DNA of 64,000 nucleotides from Eledone cirrhosa (GCA_964016885.1 OZ024743.1:333374001-333438000), one strand, 5' to 3'; shown: positions 18,001 through 30,290, counted from the first letter of the stretch. The notes: generated by a model not told the origin, from the letters alone. A program made the numbers and translations.

Positions 18001-21000
18001 CATAATTATAACAGTTACTGTTACTACACTGGGTCAACAAGTTGGTGTATAGACATAATTATAACAGCTACTGTTACTACACTGGGTCAACAAGTTGGTG
18101 TACAGAATTATAACAGCTACTGTTACTACACTGGGTCAACAATTTGGTGTACAGACAATTATAACAGTTACTGTTACTACAATGGGTCAACAATTTGGTG
18201 TATAGACATAATTATAACAGTTACTGTTACTACACTGGTCAACAAGTTGGTGTACAGACATAATTATAACAGTTACTGTTACTATACTGGGTCAACAATT
18301 TGGTGTATAGACATAATTATAACAGTTACTGTTACTACACTGGGTCAACAATTTGGTGTATAGACATAATTATAACAGTTACTGTTACTACACTGGGTCA
18401 ACAATTTGGTGTATAGACATAATTATAACAGTTACTGTTACTACACTGAGTCAACAATTTGGTGTACAGACATAATTATAACAGTTACTGTTACTACATT
18501 GGGTCAACAATTTAGTGTACAGACATAATTATAACAGTTACTGTTACTATACTGGGTCAACAATTTGGTGTACAGACATAATTATAACAGTTACTGTTAC
18601 TACACTGGGTCAACAATTTAGTGTACAGACATAATTATAACAGTTAGTTACTACACTGGGTCAACAATTTGGTGTACAGACATAATTATAACAGTTACTG
18701 TTACTACACTGGGTCAACAAGTTGGTGTACAGACATAATTATAACAGTTACTGTTACTACATTGGGTCAACAAGTTGGTGTACAGACATAATTATAACAG
18801 TTACTGTTACTACACTGGGTCAACAATTTGGTGTATAGACATAATTAAAACAGTTACTGTTACTACACTGGGTCAACAATTTGGTGTACAGACATAATTT
18901 TAACAGTTACTGTTACTACACTGGGTCAACAATTTGGTGTATAGACATAATTATAATAGCTACTCTCATAATTATGTCTATACACCAAATTGTTGACCCA
19001 GTGTAGTAACAGTAACTGTTTTAATTGAGTCAACAATTTGGTGTACAGACATAATTATAACAGTTACTGTTACTACACTGGGGCAACAATTTGGTGTATA
19101 GACATAATTATAACAGTTACTGTTACTACACTGGGTCAAGAAGTTGGTGTATAGACATAATTATAACAGTTACTGTTACTACACTGGGTCAACAATTTGG
19201 TGTACAGACATAATTATAACAGTTACTGTTACTACACTGGGTCAACAATTTAGGGTATAGACATAATTATAACAGCTACTGTTACTACACTGGGTCAACA
19301 ATTTGGTGTATAGACATAATTATAACAGTTACTGTTACTACACAGGGTCAACAATTTGGTGTATAGACATAATTATAACAGTTACTGTTACTACACTGGG
19401 GCAACAATTTGGTGTACAGACAATTATAACAGTTACTGTTACTAGACTGGGTCAACAATTTGGTGTACAGACATAATTATAACAGTTACTGTTACTACAC
19501 TGGGTCAACAATTTGGTGTACAGACATAATTATAACAGTTACTGTTACTACACTGGGTGAAGAAGTTGGTGTACAGACATAATTATAACAGTTACTGTTA
19601 CTACACTGGGTCAACAATTTGGTGTACAGACAATTATAACAGTTACTGTTACTACACTGGGTCAACAATTTGGTGTACAGATATAATTATAACAGTTACT
19701 GTTACTACACTGGGTCAACAATTTGGTGTATAGACATAATTATAACAGTTACTGTTACTACACTGGGTCAACAATTTGGTGTACAGACATAATTATAACA
19801 GTTACAGTTACTACACTGGGTCAACAATTTGGTGTATAGACATAATTATAACAGTTACTGTTACTACACTGGGTCAACAATTTGGTGTACAGACATAATT
19901 ATAACAGTTACTGTTACTACACTGGGTCAACAATTTGGTGTATAGACATAATTATAACTGTTACTGTTACTACACTGGGTCAACAATTTGATGTACAGAC
20001 ATAATTATAAAAGTTATAGTTACTACACTGGGTCAACAATTTGGTTTACAGACATAATTATAACAGTTACTGTTACTACACTGGGTCAACAAGTTGGTGT
20101 ACATATGTAATTATAACAGTTACTGTTACTACACTGGGGCAACAAGTTGGTGTATAGACATAATTATAACAGTTACTGTTACTACACTGGGTCAACAAGT
20201 TGGTGTATAGACATAATTATAACAGCTACTTTTACTACACTGGGTCAACAATTTGGTGTACAGACATAATTATAACAGTTACTGTTACTACACTGGGTCA
20301 ACAATTTGGTGTACAGACATAATTATAACAGTTACTGTTACTACACTGGGTCAACAATTTGGTGTATAGACATAATTATAACAGTTACTGTTACTACACT
20401 GGGTCAACAAGTTGGTGTATAGACATAATTATAACAGCTACTGTTACTACACTGGGTCAACAAGTTGGTGTACAGAATTATAACAGCTACTGTTACTACA
20501 CTGGGTCAACAATTTGGTGTACAGACACAATTATAACAGTTACTGTTACTACAATGGGTCATCAATTTGTTGTATAGACATAATTATAACAGTTACTGTT
20601 ACTACACTGGTCAACAAGTTGGTGTACAGACATAATTATAACAGTTACTGTTACTACACTGGGTCAACAATTTGGTGTATAGACATAATTATAACAGTTA
20701 CTGTTACTACACTGGGTCAACAATTTGGTGTATAGACATAATTATAACAGTTACTGTTACTACACTGGGTCAACAATTTGGTGTATAGACATAATTATAA
20801 CAGTTACTGTTACTACACTGAGTCAACAATTTGGTGTACAGACATAATTATAACAGTTACTGTTACTACATTGGGTCAACAATTTAGTGTACAGACATAA
20901 TTATAACAGTTACTGTTACTATACTGGGTCAACAATTTGGTGTACAGACATAATTATAACAGTTACTGTTACTACACTGGGTCAACAATTTAGTGTACAG

Positions 21001-23062
21001 ACATAATTATAACAGTTAGTTACTACACTGGGTCAACAAGTTGGTGTATAGACATAATTATAACAGTTACTGTTACTACACTGGTCAACAAGTTGGTGTA
21101 CAGACATAATTATAACAGTTACTGTTACTACACTGGGTCAACAATTTGGTGTATAGACATAATTAAAACAGTTACTGTTACTACACTGGGTCAACAATTT
21201 GGTGTACAGACATAATTATAACAGTTACTGTTACTACACTGGGTCAACAATTTGGTGTATAGACATAATTATAACAGCTACTGTTATAATTATGTCTATA
21301 CACCAAATTGTTGACCCAGTATAGTAACAGTAACTGTTTTAATTGAGTCAACAATTTGGTGTACAGACATAATTATAACAGTTACTGTTACTACACTGGG
21401 GCAACAATTTGGTGTATAGACATAATTATAACAGTTACTGTTACTACACTGGGTCAAGAAGTTGGTGTATAGACATAATTATAACAGTTACTGTTACTAC
21501 ACTGGGTCAACAATTTGGTGTACAGACATAATTATAACAGTTACTGTTACTACACTGGGTCAACAATTTAGTGTATAGACATAATTATAACAGTTACTGT
21601 TACTACACTGGGTCAACAATTTAGTGTATAGACATAATTATAACAGCTACTGTTACTACACTGGGTCAACAATTTGGTGTATAGAGATAATTATAACAGT
21701 TACTGTTACTACACAGGGTCAACAATTTGGTGTACAGACATAATTATAACAGTTACTGTTACTACACTGGGGCAACAATTTGGTGTACAGACATAATTAT
21801 AACAGTTTACTGTTACTACACTGGGTCAACAATTTGGTGTACAGACATAATTATAACAGTTACTGTTACTACACTGGGTCAACAATTTGGTGTACAGACA
21901 TAATTATAACAGTTACTGTTACTACACTGGGTCAACAATTTGGTGTACAGACATAATTATAACAGTTACTGTTACTACACTGGGTGAAGAAGTTGGTGTA
22001 CAGACATAATTATAACAGTTACTGTTACTACACTGGGTCAACAATTTGGTGTACAGACAATTATAACAGTTACTGTTACTACACTGGGTCAACAATTTGG
22101 TGTACAGATATAATTATAACAGTTACTGTTACTACACAGGGTCAACAATTTGGTGTATAGACATAATTATAACAGTTACTGTTACTACACTGGGTCAACA
22201 ATTTGGTGTATAGACATAATTATAACAGTTACTGTTACTACACTGGGTCAACAATTTGGTGTATAGACATAATTATAACAGTTACTGTTACTACACTGGG
22301 TGAAGAAGTTGGTGTACAGACATAATTATAACAGTTACTGTTACTACACTGGGTCAACAATTTGGTGTACAGACATAATTATAACAGTTACTGTTACTAC
22401 ACTGGGTGAAGAAGTTGGTGTACAGACATAATTATAACAGTTACTGTTACTACACTGGGTGAAGAAGTTGGTGTACAGACATAATTATAACAGTTACTGT
22501 TACTACACTGGGTCAACAATTTGGTGTACAGACAATTATAACAGTTACTGTTATTACACTGGGTCAACAATTTGGTGTACAGATATAATTATAACAGTTA
22601 CTGTTAGTACACAGGGTCAACAATTTGGTGTATAGACATAATTATAACAGTTACTGTTACTACACTGGGTCAACAATTTGGTGTATAGACATAATTATAA
22701 CAGTTACTGTTACTACACTGGGTCAACAATTTGGTGTATAGACATAATTATAACAGTTACTGTTACTACACTGGGTGAAGAAGTTGGTGTACAGACATAA
22801 TTATAACAGTTACTGTTACTACACTGGGTCAACAATTTGGTGTACAGACATAATTATAACAGTTACTGTTACTACACTGGGTCAACAATTTGGTGTATAG
22901 ACATAATTACAACAGTTACAGTTACTACACTGGGTGAAGAAGTTGGTGTACAGGCATAATTATAACAGTTACTGTTACTACACTGGGTCAACAAGTTGGT
23001 GTACAGGCATAATTATAACAGTTACTGTTACTACACTGGGTCAACAATTTGGTGTATAGACA
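1..23062. repeat. 53-bp satellite array (~430 monomers; continues past the left window edge)
   Basis: Monomer GACATAATTATAACAGTTACTGTTACTACACTGGGTCAACAATTTGGTGTACA recurs at 53-nt spacing (e.g. 61 and 114); the array ends at ~23062 where unique sequence starts. Confidence 0.98.
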
Positions 23063-23749
23063 AAATCTTGTGTTGGATTGCCTAAACAATTATTAGAAGC
23101 AAAATCCAGCACCTCTAGTTATGGAGTGTCATGGAGTGTGGGTGTCTCCCCCCCCCATCTCTTTTTTTTATAGATAGTTTATTTGTATCTATATTTATGG
23201 CAACAGCTTAACATATTGATTTATAATAAATATAGCATGTCTGGGCCTGTGCTTTGTAAATGATAGATTTTCAATCAAAAGCCTTTTCTAGTCAGTATTA
23301 TGTAAAATACAGCCATGGGGAGCCATGGCTGTATTTTACATAATACTGAATAGATGAAGGCCAAGGGAGGTATGGAATGACTTGGTGGAGGAAGTGTCGA
23401 TTTTTTTTTTTTTTTTTTTGCTGTAGTATGATGAAAGATTGAACTGCCAGAGGGGGCCTGGAATAGATGAAAGCATGTGGGTCCAGGCACAAGTTTATGT
23501 ACAAACTTCAATTTAGTAGGATATATATATATAATCATCTTCAGCATTTAACATCAATTTTCCATGCTAGACAAGTTGTCCTACTGTGAGACAAGTCAAA
23601 TCAGGTGACCGTGTCTTGCTCATACAGAAGTGTATATATTTATCTAAAATGTATAATTAAATAATATTTTTTCTAATCATGCCTTGTATGTTTTCCCTAA
23701 CACAATAATTATATATATACATATTATATATATATATATATATCTATAT

Positions 23750-24120
23750 CTAGGGCGGGTAACATTCCCGAGATCGATGGACGAGTTCTCTCCAGTGGTC
23801 TCTGTCCCTCATTGTCGCTGCCATGTCCTGCGTCTCCAACAGATCAGTGTCTGTCCTTAGGGCATCAACATACGTTAACCTTGGTCTTCCTCTTCCAGTG
23901 TGTCCATGTAGGGGCTCCCACAGGAGCACTGAGTGCAATGCCAACTCTGGATGTCGGTGAGCATGTCCAGCTAACCTCAGTCTCCTCTGTGTCACTTTTG
24001 AGCTGACTTTTGGGAGGCTCCCATACAGCTCTGAGTTTTTTTTTGTTTTTGGATGCTACATGAGAATGATGAGGATGGCTCTGAACATTAATCAGTATAC
24101 ACTGAGGATGAAAAACTCAG
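23750..24120 (-). mobile_element. 3' fragment of an RTE-clade non-LTR retrotransposon
   Basis: Translation RRLRLAGHAHRHPE...LLWEPLHG..GRGRPRLTYVD...MRDRDHWR is a typical RTE C-terminus; flanked by (TA)n. Confidence 0.75.
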
Positions 24121-24164
24121 AGCTGTATATATATATAAATACATATATATATGCATATATTATT

Positions 24165-24320
24165 CGGAAGCAACGAATTGGTAGAGTCACCAGAACATCA
24201 GATAGAATACTTTGCAATATTTGTTTCGCCTCTGAATTTAAATCCCACTGAAGTCAACTTTGCCTTTCATCCATTTGAGGTCAATAAAACAGGTACCAGT
24301 CTAGTACTGGGGTCGATTTT
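24165..24320 (+). mobile_element. SINE fragment of the same family as 27130-27260, 24705-24790, 31855-31925 and 48015-48115 (those copies on minus)
   Basis: Shared core GTCAACTTTGCCTTTCATCC...ATAAA..GTACCAGT and its reverse complement ACTGGTACTTTATTTTAT..ACCC..AGGATGAAAGGCAAAGT recur at these loci. Confidence 0.6.
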
Positions 24321-24792
24321 TCTTCTATATTTCTTTCTCTCATTCTTTCACTCTCTATCCTTCTTTGGAAGAAATCTGCTGTATTCAAGCCTGGAAAGAT
24401 GGCTCTGCCAGATTTAAAAATACCCCTCAAACACTGTATATAAATTTGGCACCCCTACAACTTCCTCATGAGTTACAGGACCATGCACGCAAGCATATGT
24501 GTGTGTTACAGCTATATAAATACAAGAGTACTATCTATACTCATATATTATAACAGTTGCTCTATTAAATATACACCGTAAATTATTATAATCAATTGAC
24601 TTCTTTTCTTCTCGATCTGCTTCCAGAGATATAAATAAATCTATATATGTTGAATATATTTACGGTATAAATAATAATAATAATAATAATAATAATTGTT
24701 TCTACTTTAGGCACAAGGCCAGCAATTACCCAGTGCATTACTGGTACTTTATTTTATTGACCTCGTAAGGATGAAAGGCTAAGTCAACCAAT

Positions 24793-25168
24793 GAAAATTA
24801 TTGTGTACAGTGCTCAGGAGCACTACAACTCATCAAAGGTGCATGTATATAGAATAATGTACGAATGTCAGGAAAGTGAACAGTGTACGAGTCATGATTT
24901 ACACACAGATACATGCATGTGTGTGTATGGAGGGGGGATATCAGGTGTAGTGTTGGCAAATTTCAGGAAGCATGGAAGTTTTGAAGGATGCAGTGTCCTG
25001 ACAGCTAACAACTGATGTAGGTAGTTTGTTCCATGCTTCAGCAACTCTGAGTGTGAAAAAAATGTTTCTGAAAGTCATGGGAGCTGTGCTGTTTTCTGAC
25101 TTTGTAGGCATGCCCACGAGTGTTAGACACATGGAATTCAAAAAGGTGCTCAGGGTTGTTGTTGGCAA
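24793..25168 (-). mobile_element. CR1/L2-like LINE 3' end
   Basis: Reverse complement of the 55820-56200 3' end (NTRGHAYKVRKQHS...FFTLRVAEAWNKLP); tail truncated by the neighbouring SINE. Confidence 0.85.
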
Positions 25169-25169
25169 G

Positions 25170-26819
25170 ATTCCAGAAAAAAGATTCACAACAGCTCTGG
25201 CTAGCAGAATATGGGATTTGAAAGAACAAGGTATCCAATATAAATTGGATTGGTCAATTTTGAACCAATCTAAAGAATATGCAAGAGGAACAAGAAGATG
25301 CACACTCTGCATAAGTGAAAAATATTGGATTTTACAGAACCTTAAATCACCAAAAACCTGCCTAAATACAAAAACAGAAATTTTCACCAGTTGCCCACAC
25401 ATGAAATTACACTTGTTTTCCAGCTCATATAAACTTAACTCACTTTCAGATACTTATCCTCCATAAACTCTTATTCTTCACTTTCCTTAAATTATCCTCT
25501 TTACAGACTTCTCTTTCTGATTTACTTTCATTTTTAATTTTATTTTTTAAATTTTTACTTCACATCCACCAGTACCCCCGCCCCCTACCTTTCGATTCAC
25601 TTACCTAATATCTTCACATTCCACATTTTACTTCCCCATTTTCTTTCACTACCTGATATCACATGTCATTTGCGTTTTCCACTCCAGATATATTCTGTTG
25701 TTTCGCAGCCGATTTTATATTTGTACTCATTTATTCATATGGCTGGTTTATAATCTGTATCTATGTGTGTCAGTGTGCTTATGTGCGTATACATTCTGTA
25801 TATGTATACGAACGCCTCCATATGTGTGCGTGCGTACGTATATATATGTGTGTTTTTATATCTATGTTTTTTACATACTTATTTATACGTGTGTGTGTAT
25901 GCGGGTGAATGTATGTGTATGTGTATGTATGGGTGTGTATGTATATATATATATAGTCGCGTACGTACGTGTGATTAGATATACATGTGGCGATATATAT
26001 ATATGTGCTTTGTGTGTATGTATGTACGCATGCATGCGCTTTTGTCTGTACGTATTTACCTGTTTCAGTACGTATTACCTGTTTCAGCCATCCGGCTGAG
26101 GCCATGCTGGGGCACCGCCCATAAATAAATATTTTTTTATATATATATGTGTATGTACGTGCGTACCTATGTTTGTTTTCTTTTCTCTAGTGTTAATTGA
26201 TTACTTTCTCTTTGATTTAAAAAATTTTTTCATTCTCATATATTGTTTCATTTTTATACATATATTGATAATGATACTTCTTTTTACTATTACACTCCCT
26301 TCCCTCTTTATCTTCCGCATATAAGTGACCGCGCATGCTTTCATACTCGTATGTGTATTTAATACCTGTATCTGGATGCGTGTCAACTATATTATCATAC
26401 AATTTCTTTTTCAACTCATATTATATACGTATTTGTGGTCACATATACACAAATATACTTGCCCACATTTTCACCATACACATGCATTTGTACATACACA
26501 CATGTACATTTGTGAGTGTATATACATACATATACACATACCCTAACTATATTTCCTTATTTTTTTATATATCTCTTACATTACTTTTATTTATATATTT
26601 TTTGCATTTCTTGAGGAGACTTTTCAAATATTTCACTATGTTTTAAATTGCCTTGTCCGACGAATGAATGAGGACATTTTTCGTATTCGTCTTATTTGGG
26701 AAACCTCTGGTAATGAGGTAATTATATTGTATTGTTTATTATACATTAAATTTTGTTCTGGTACTTACATAGAGCACTCTTCACTCCTGACTTTTTCAAT
26801 TTTCAACGGAAACTTCAAT

Positions 26820-26825
<6 letters not shown>
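25170..26825 (+). mobile_element. 5'-truncated Penelope-like element: endonuclease C-terminus, microsatellite-rich UTR and degenerate hammerhead
   Basis: TALASRIWDLKEQGIQYKLDWSIL...CTLCISEKYWIL...LNTKTEIFTSCPH resembles the Cys/His C-terminus of PLE GIY-YIG regions; hammerhead-like core at 26657-26720; ends at (TA)n. Confidence 0.7.
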
Positions 26826-26887
<62 letters not shown>

Positions 26888-27129
26888 ATCTGTATCTGTG
26901 TGTGTATGTTGTAGTTTGCTTGAAGCATTGTTGAGTAGGAAATATAAATTTAAATAATTTTAAAAGCCATACAATGCTTTAGATAATGAATTAAACCAGA
27001 AAGTGTTACTCAGCGCAGAAAGCTCAATGAACAAATTTAAAGAATATATAAAAAAACATTTTTTTCATATATCATCTATTTTTTAAAGCAAGGACATATT
27101 GGATAATGTAGTCTTAGATACATAATTGT

Positions 27130-27260
27130 TTCAACGTTAGGCACAAGGCCAGCAATTACCCAGTGCATTACTGGTACTTTATGTTATCGATCCCGTAAGG
27201 ATGAAAGGCAAAGTTAACCTCGGCGGGATTTGAACTCAGTCCGTAAAGGGACGTAACTAT
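27130..27260 (-). mobile_element. SINE fragment with a B-box-like motif
   Basis: Minus strand reads GAGTTCAAATCCCGCCGAGGTTAACTTTGCCTTTCATCC; the family is repeated in the window. Confidence 0.65.
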
Positions 27261-27375
27261 GCTTAATAGAAAGGTATGATGGTCATGATTGGAACGACTT
27301 TAATTAAAAGGTCTGCTTAATTAAGGCTGATCTGGGAAGAAAAAAACATTTCCTTTTCCGATCCAGTTGATGTAC

Positions 27376-27379
<4 letters not shown>

Positions 27380-27447
<68 letters not shown>
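27380..27447. repeat. (GA)n/(GATA)n microsatellite
   Basis: Directly visible. Confidence 0.95.
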
Positions 27448-27559
27448 TTCAAAACAATTTATTCATCTACACATAGTTAGCATTCATATAAGTCTAAGAT
27501 TTCATGGTGGTATTTCGTAAAAAGGCAAATCTTCAGATTTGATCGGAAAACTTAAACAA

Positions 27560-28535
27560 ATGGTACTGACAGAGGAAGCTGGTTCGAGAGCTGGAGCTGA
27601 CTTATAGAAGGTCCACTGATTACCTCAGCTATTCATTCTAGTGCTTGGTACCCAGAGGTGTAACTAGGGTATGGCAAACATGACACGTGCCATGGGCCCC
27701 ACTTTGACCAGGAGCACTTTCTATTAAAGTCAGATAAGCTATCGTCGGAGAGTGAAAAAAGAAACTTCCTCAGATGTATGATCTGTCTTTGATTATCGTG
27801 GGTGAAAATCCCTGTGGTGGCTAGATCATTAAACCATTTATATAAATTTTTAAGCCCATAGGAAAAAAGACGGTACTGGGAATTACATGACCACATAGGC
27901 ATGCCTCATAGTATGACTTGGACAAGGGCGCAATTTCACTGTTAGCCAAAAGCGCTATTTTCCCTAGTTACACCTTTGTTGGTACCACGAGGAATCCACC
28001 CTAGAGAGCTGGAGCTGACTTACAGAAGACCCCCATCTCTGATCACCACAGTTTTTCATTCTAGTATCTGGTACTAGGAGTCAACCCCAGAGAGCTGGAG
28101 GTATCTTACATAAAATCCGGTCCCTGATCAACACAGTTCTTCATTCTAGTACTTGGTTGGTACCACGAGGAGTTCGCTCCAGAAGCTGGAGCCGATATAA
28201 CAGAAGATCCCACCTGTGATCACTTCAGTTCTTCATTTTAGTACTTGGTATCATGAAGAGTCCATTGCAGAGAGCTGGGACTGACTTAACAGAAGGCCCA
28301 TTAAGGTATTAGAGGGAGGCTGCCACATCTACTTTGCTTTATATTTATTATTTTATCTGAGTGAATGCGAAATGTTACGTTTTAAAATCTGTAATATAAG
28401 TGTGTGTTATACACGAATAAAACCGGTAACATACAAACTTTGTTTATTTAACAAAGATTTGTAAGAGAACTGCTTTCTAGTACTTGGTACCATGAGGAAT
28501 CCATTGCAGAAAGCTGGAACTGACTTACAGAAACT
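27560..28535. repeat. Degenerate ~80-90-bp minisatellite interrupted by a MITE
   Basis: Recurrent TTCATTCTAGTACTTGGTAC...AGAGAGCTGGAGCTGACTTACAGAAG units at ~27590, 28005, 28090, 28180, 28270 and 28510. Confidence 0.8.
27653..27978. mobile_element. hAT-type MITE (326 bp)
   Basis: TIRs CAGAGGTGTAACTAGGG / CCCTAGTTACACCTTTG (one mismatch); perfect 8-bp TSD TTGGTACC at 27645-27652 and 27979-27986. Confidence 0.88.
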
Positions 28536-29608
28536 ATATGAATAGGGAAGTTCAAAATAGATCAGTAATGTTCTTTTAATGTAGACATTTTCGCTTTGTT
28601 TTAGAGTGCTTTGATTGTCTTTGGGGTGCCTAAATATCTTAGATATTTAAATCATTAATCTTTTAACCCACCCATAATACTGATGGAATTGAAACAATCT
28701 AGGAAACCACATGTAAATTAATTAGAAATGCCATACGAAATCTAAAATTTGTTTATATAAATTGTGTTTATTTGTATGCATTCTCGTCCATAACTATAAT
28801 TGATTTTTGTTTATCAAGCCATAACCATACGTGCTTTTTTTCTTCAAAGTGTACCTCAGACTACCTTAGCCATAGTATCCTCTCCATCCTTTTTAAAGTC
28901 AGGTGGATTGAAGGAGATTTAGCTGCTATATTTAACAGACCACGTTGGTTTGAATATAATTGTTGTTGTTGTTGTTTATTTTTTAAAACAGGTACTCGTA
29001 TTCAGAGGATAAATAGTATATCTTCTTAGTTGAGACAATAAAAATTAGCTCGTTTTTTTTTCTTCTGTTATTGTACTACTGTGTCGTTTATGGTTAGTCT
29101 AGTTCTTCCATTATATAACGAATGTTCCAGATGTATTGCTCACGAGACCATAATAATAATAATCTGTGGGGTTACATAGCTTGATAGGGAGTCAAACGAT
29201 CCAGTGTTAATAAGATCATCACTGCAAATGAAGAATAATTTTAAGCATTCATCTGCTGTTTATTTATTCCCAAATCTGTCTTGAACAAGCAGACACACAT
29301 CAAATTTCGTTCAACCGTGACCACCCCGTCTTTTTAAGAGAGATATAGGATTAATTATACAATCGAACATATTCTTCCCTTATTTAAGACGGTTGGGTGG
29401 GATTTCAGTTAGATTTGGCTGCTATTTCTAGCAGGTCGAGTGATCATGTTGAGGTGCCACATCGGCTTGTTTGATGAAATGTGTAAGGGGTAGGTAGGTA
29501 AGTAAAAACACAAAGGTAATTGATTACCCCCCCCCCCCCCAAGAATACGATAGAGATAAAATCGAACGTTACAGTAAAGTGTATGTATGAATGAGGAATA
29601 AACCTTAC

Positions 29609-29743
29609 CTCAACACGACCCTTCATCGCTTTCTTTGGGGCTTGATTCCCTCCCTCGGATATTTGAAAACTGGACAAAAGTACCACAAATGTCAGGGCAA
29701 ACACAGTCCAAACGAAGCACCGTTTCATTGGGCTGGTTTCCAT
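29609..29743 (-). CDS. SELENOM: First coding exon of a secreted/ER protein, most likely selenoprotein M (Sep15/SelM family)
   Basis: ATG at 29743 (alternative ATG at 29728) encodes METSPMKRCFVWTVFALTFVVLLSSFQISEGGNQAPKKAMKGRVE: a hydrophobic signal peptide, then GRVE, followed by a phase-0 donor GAG|GTAAGG at 29608. As recalled, vertebrate SELENOM exon 1 ends ...ARVE just before CxxU. The CxxU exon was not found in the window, so the symbol is tentative. Confidence 0.6.
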
Positions 29744-29804
29744 TTTCAACGAAATGTTTAAACTTACAACAGAAGCTGTGTGTTGTTTCAGCTACAGTCG
29801 CACA

Positions 29805-29914
29805 GTATTGTGGGAGTTGAGTAAACTACAATTGTTTAAATATGAACCAGACGGCAGTGGTGGAGGTGTGGGACGGTGGAGGAAAAACTGGTTTGCGGTG
29901 GTGAGGAAGTAAGT
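29805..29914. promoter_or_regulatory. Putative promoter region upstream of the SelM-like exon, with a plus-strand splice donor
   Basis: Non-repetitive and relatively GC-rich; TGGGAGTTGAGT and ACTACAATT resemble the ACTACAnnTCCCA (ZNF143/THAP11-type) motif; GAGGAA|GTAAGT donor at 29909. Confidence 0.4.
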
Positions 29915-30063
29915 GTTCATAGGATAATACCCGGATGTTTAATGTATAACAAATACTTATATTTCACGTAATTATATATACGAATAAATAGAATTTATAT
30001 ACAAAAACTAAACGGAGAAAAAGTAGAAGATTCACACAATACGAGGTGCGTTAAAGTTTATCT

Positions 30064-30290
30064 CTAATAATTTTTGAGGCAAGCCAACAACACATTCTCG
30101 GTATTGCCATGTGTGATAGCGAGGCTAAGTCGCTGGAATAACCAAGCTTCTTCGCCAAGAGCATCACCTGATATTTCGGTAAGGTGAGCCGCCAACAACA
30201 CAAGAACCTTGTAGTCAGCGGTCCAGCTTAACCCCACAAACATCTCTAACGTCAAAGGTTGAAAAAATAGTTTATTACATACTACTGGAA
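30064..30290 (-). mobile_element. CRE/NeSL-like (restriction-like endonuclease) retrotransposon 3' remnant
   Basis: EEAWLFQRLSLAITHGNTENVL resembles the FQRLS.AI.RGNA C-terminal motif of RLE non-LTR elements. Confidence 0.6.

Noticed and set aside
1-23062. CRISPR array, or repetitive protein genes (the 73-124 aa ORFs)
   Set aside because: There are no unique spacers and no cas genes, the context is eukaryotic, and the 53-bp period is not a multiple of 3; the ORFs arise from indel variants.
25026-25466. 146-aa novel fusion protein
   Set aside because: Chance read-through from an antisense CR1 fragment into a Penelope-like fragment.
29150-29240. Exon 2 of the SelM-like gene at the minus-strand acceptor TTATTCTTCATTTGCAG
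   Set aside because: In phase 0 it reads TGA TGA TCT TAT TAA, with no CxxU motif or downstream SelM similarity.
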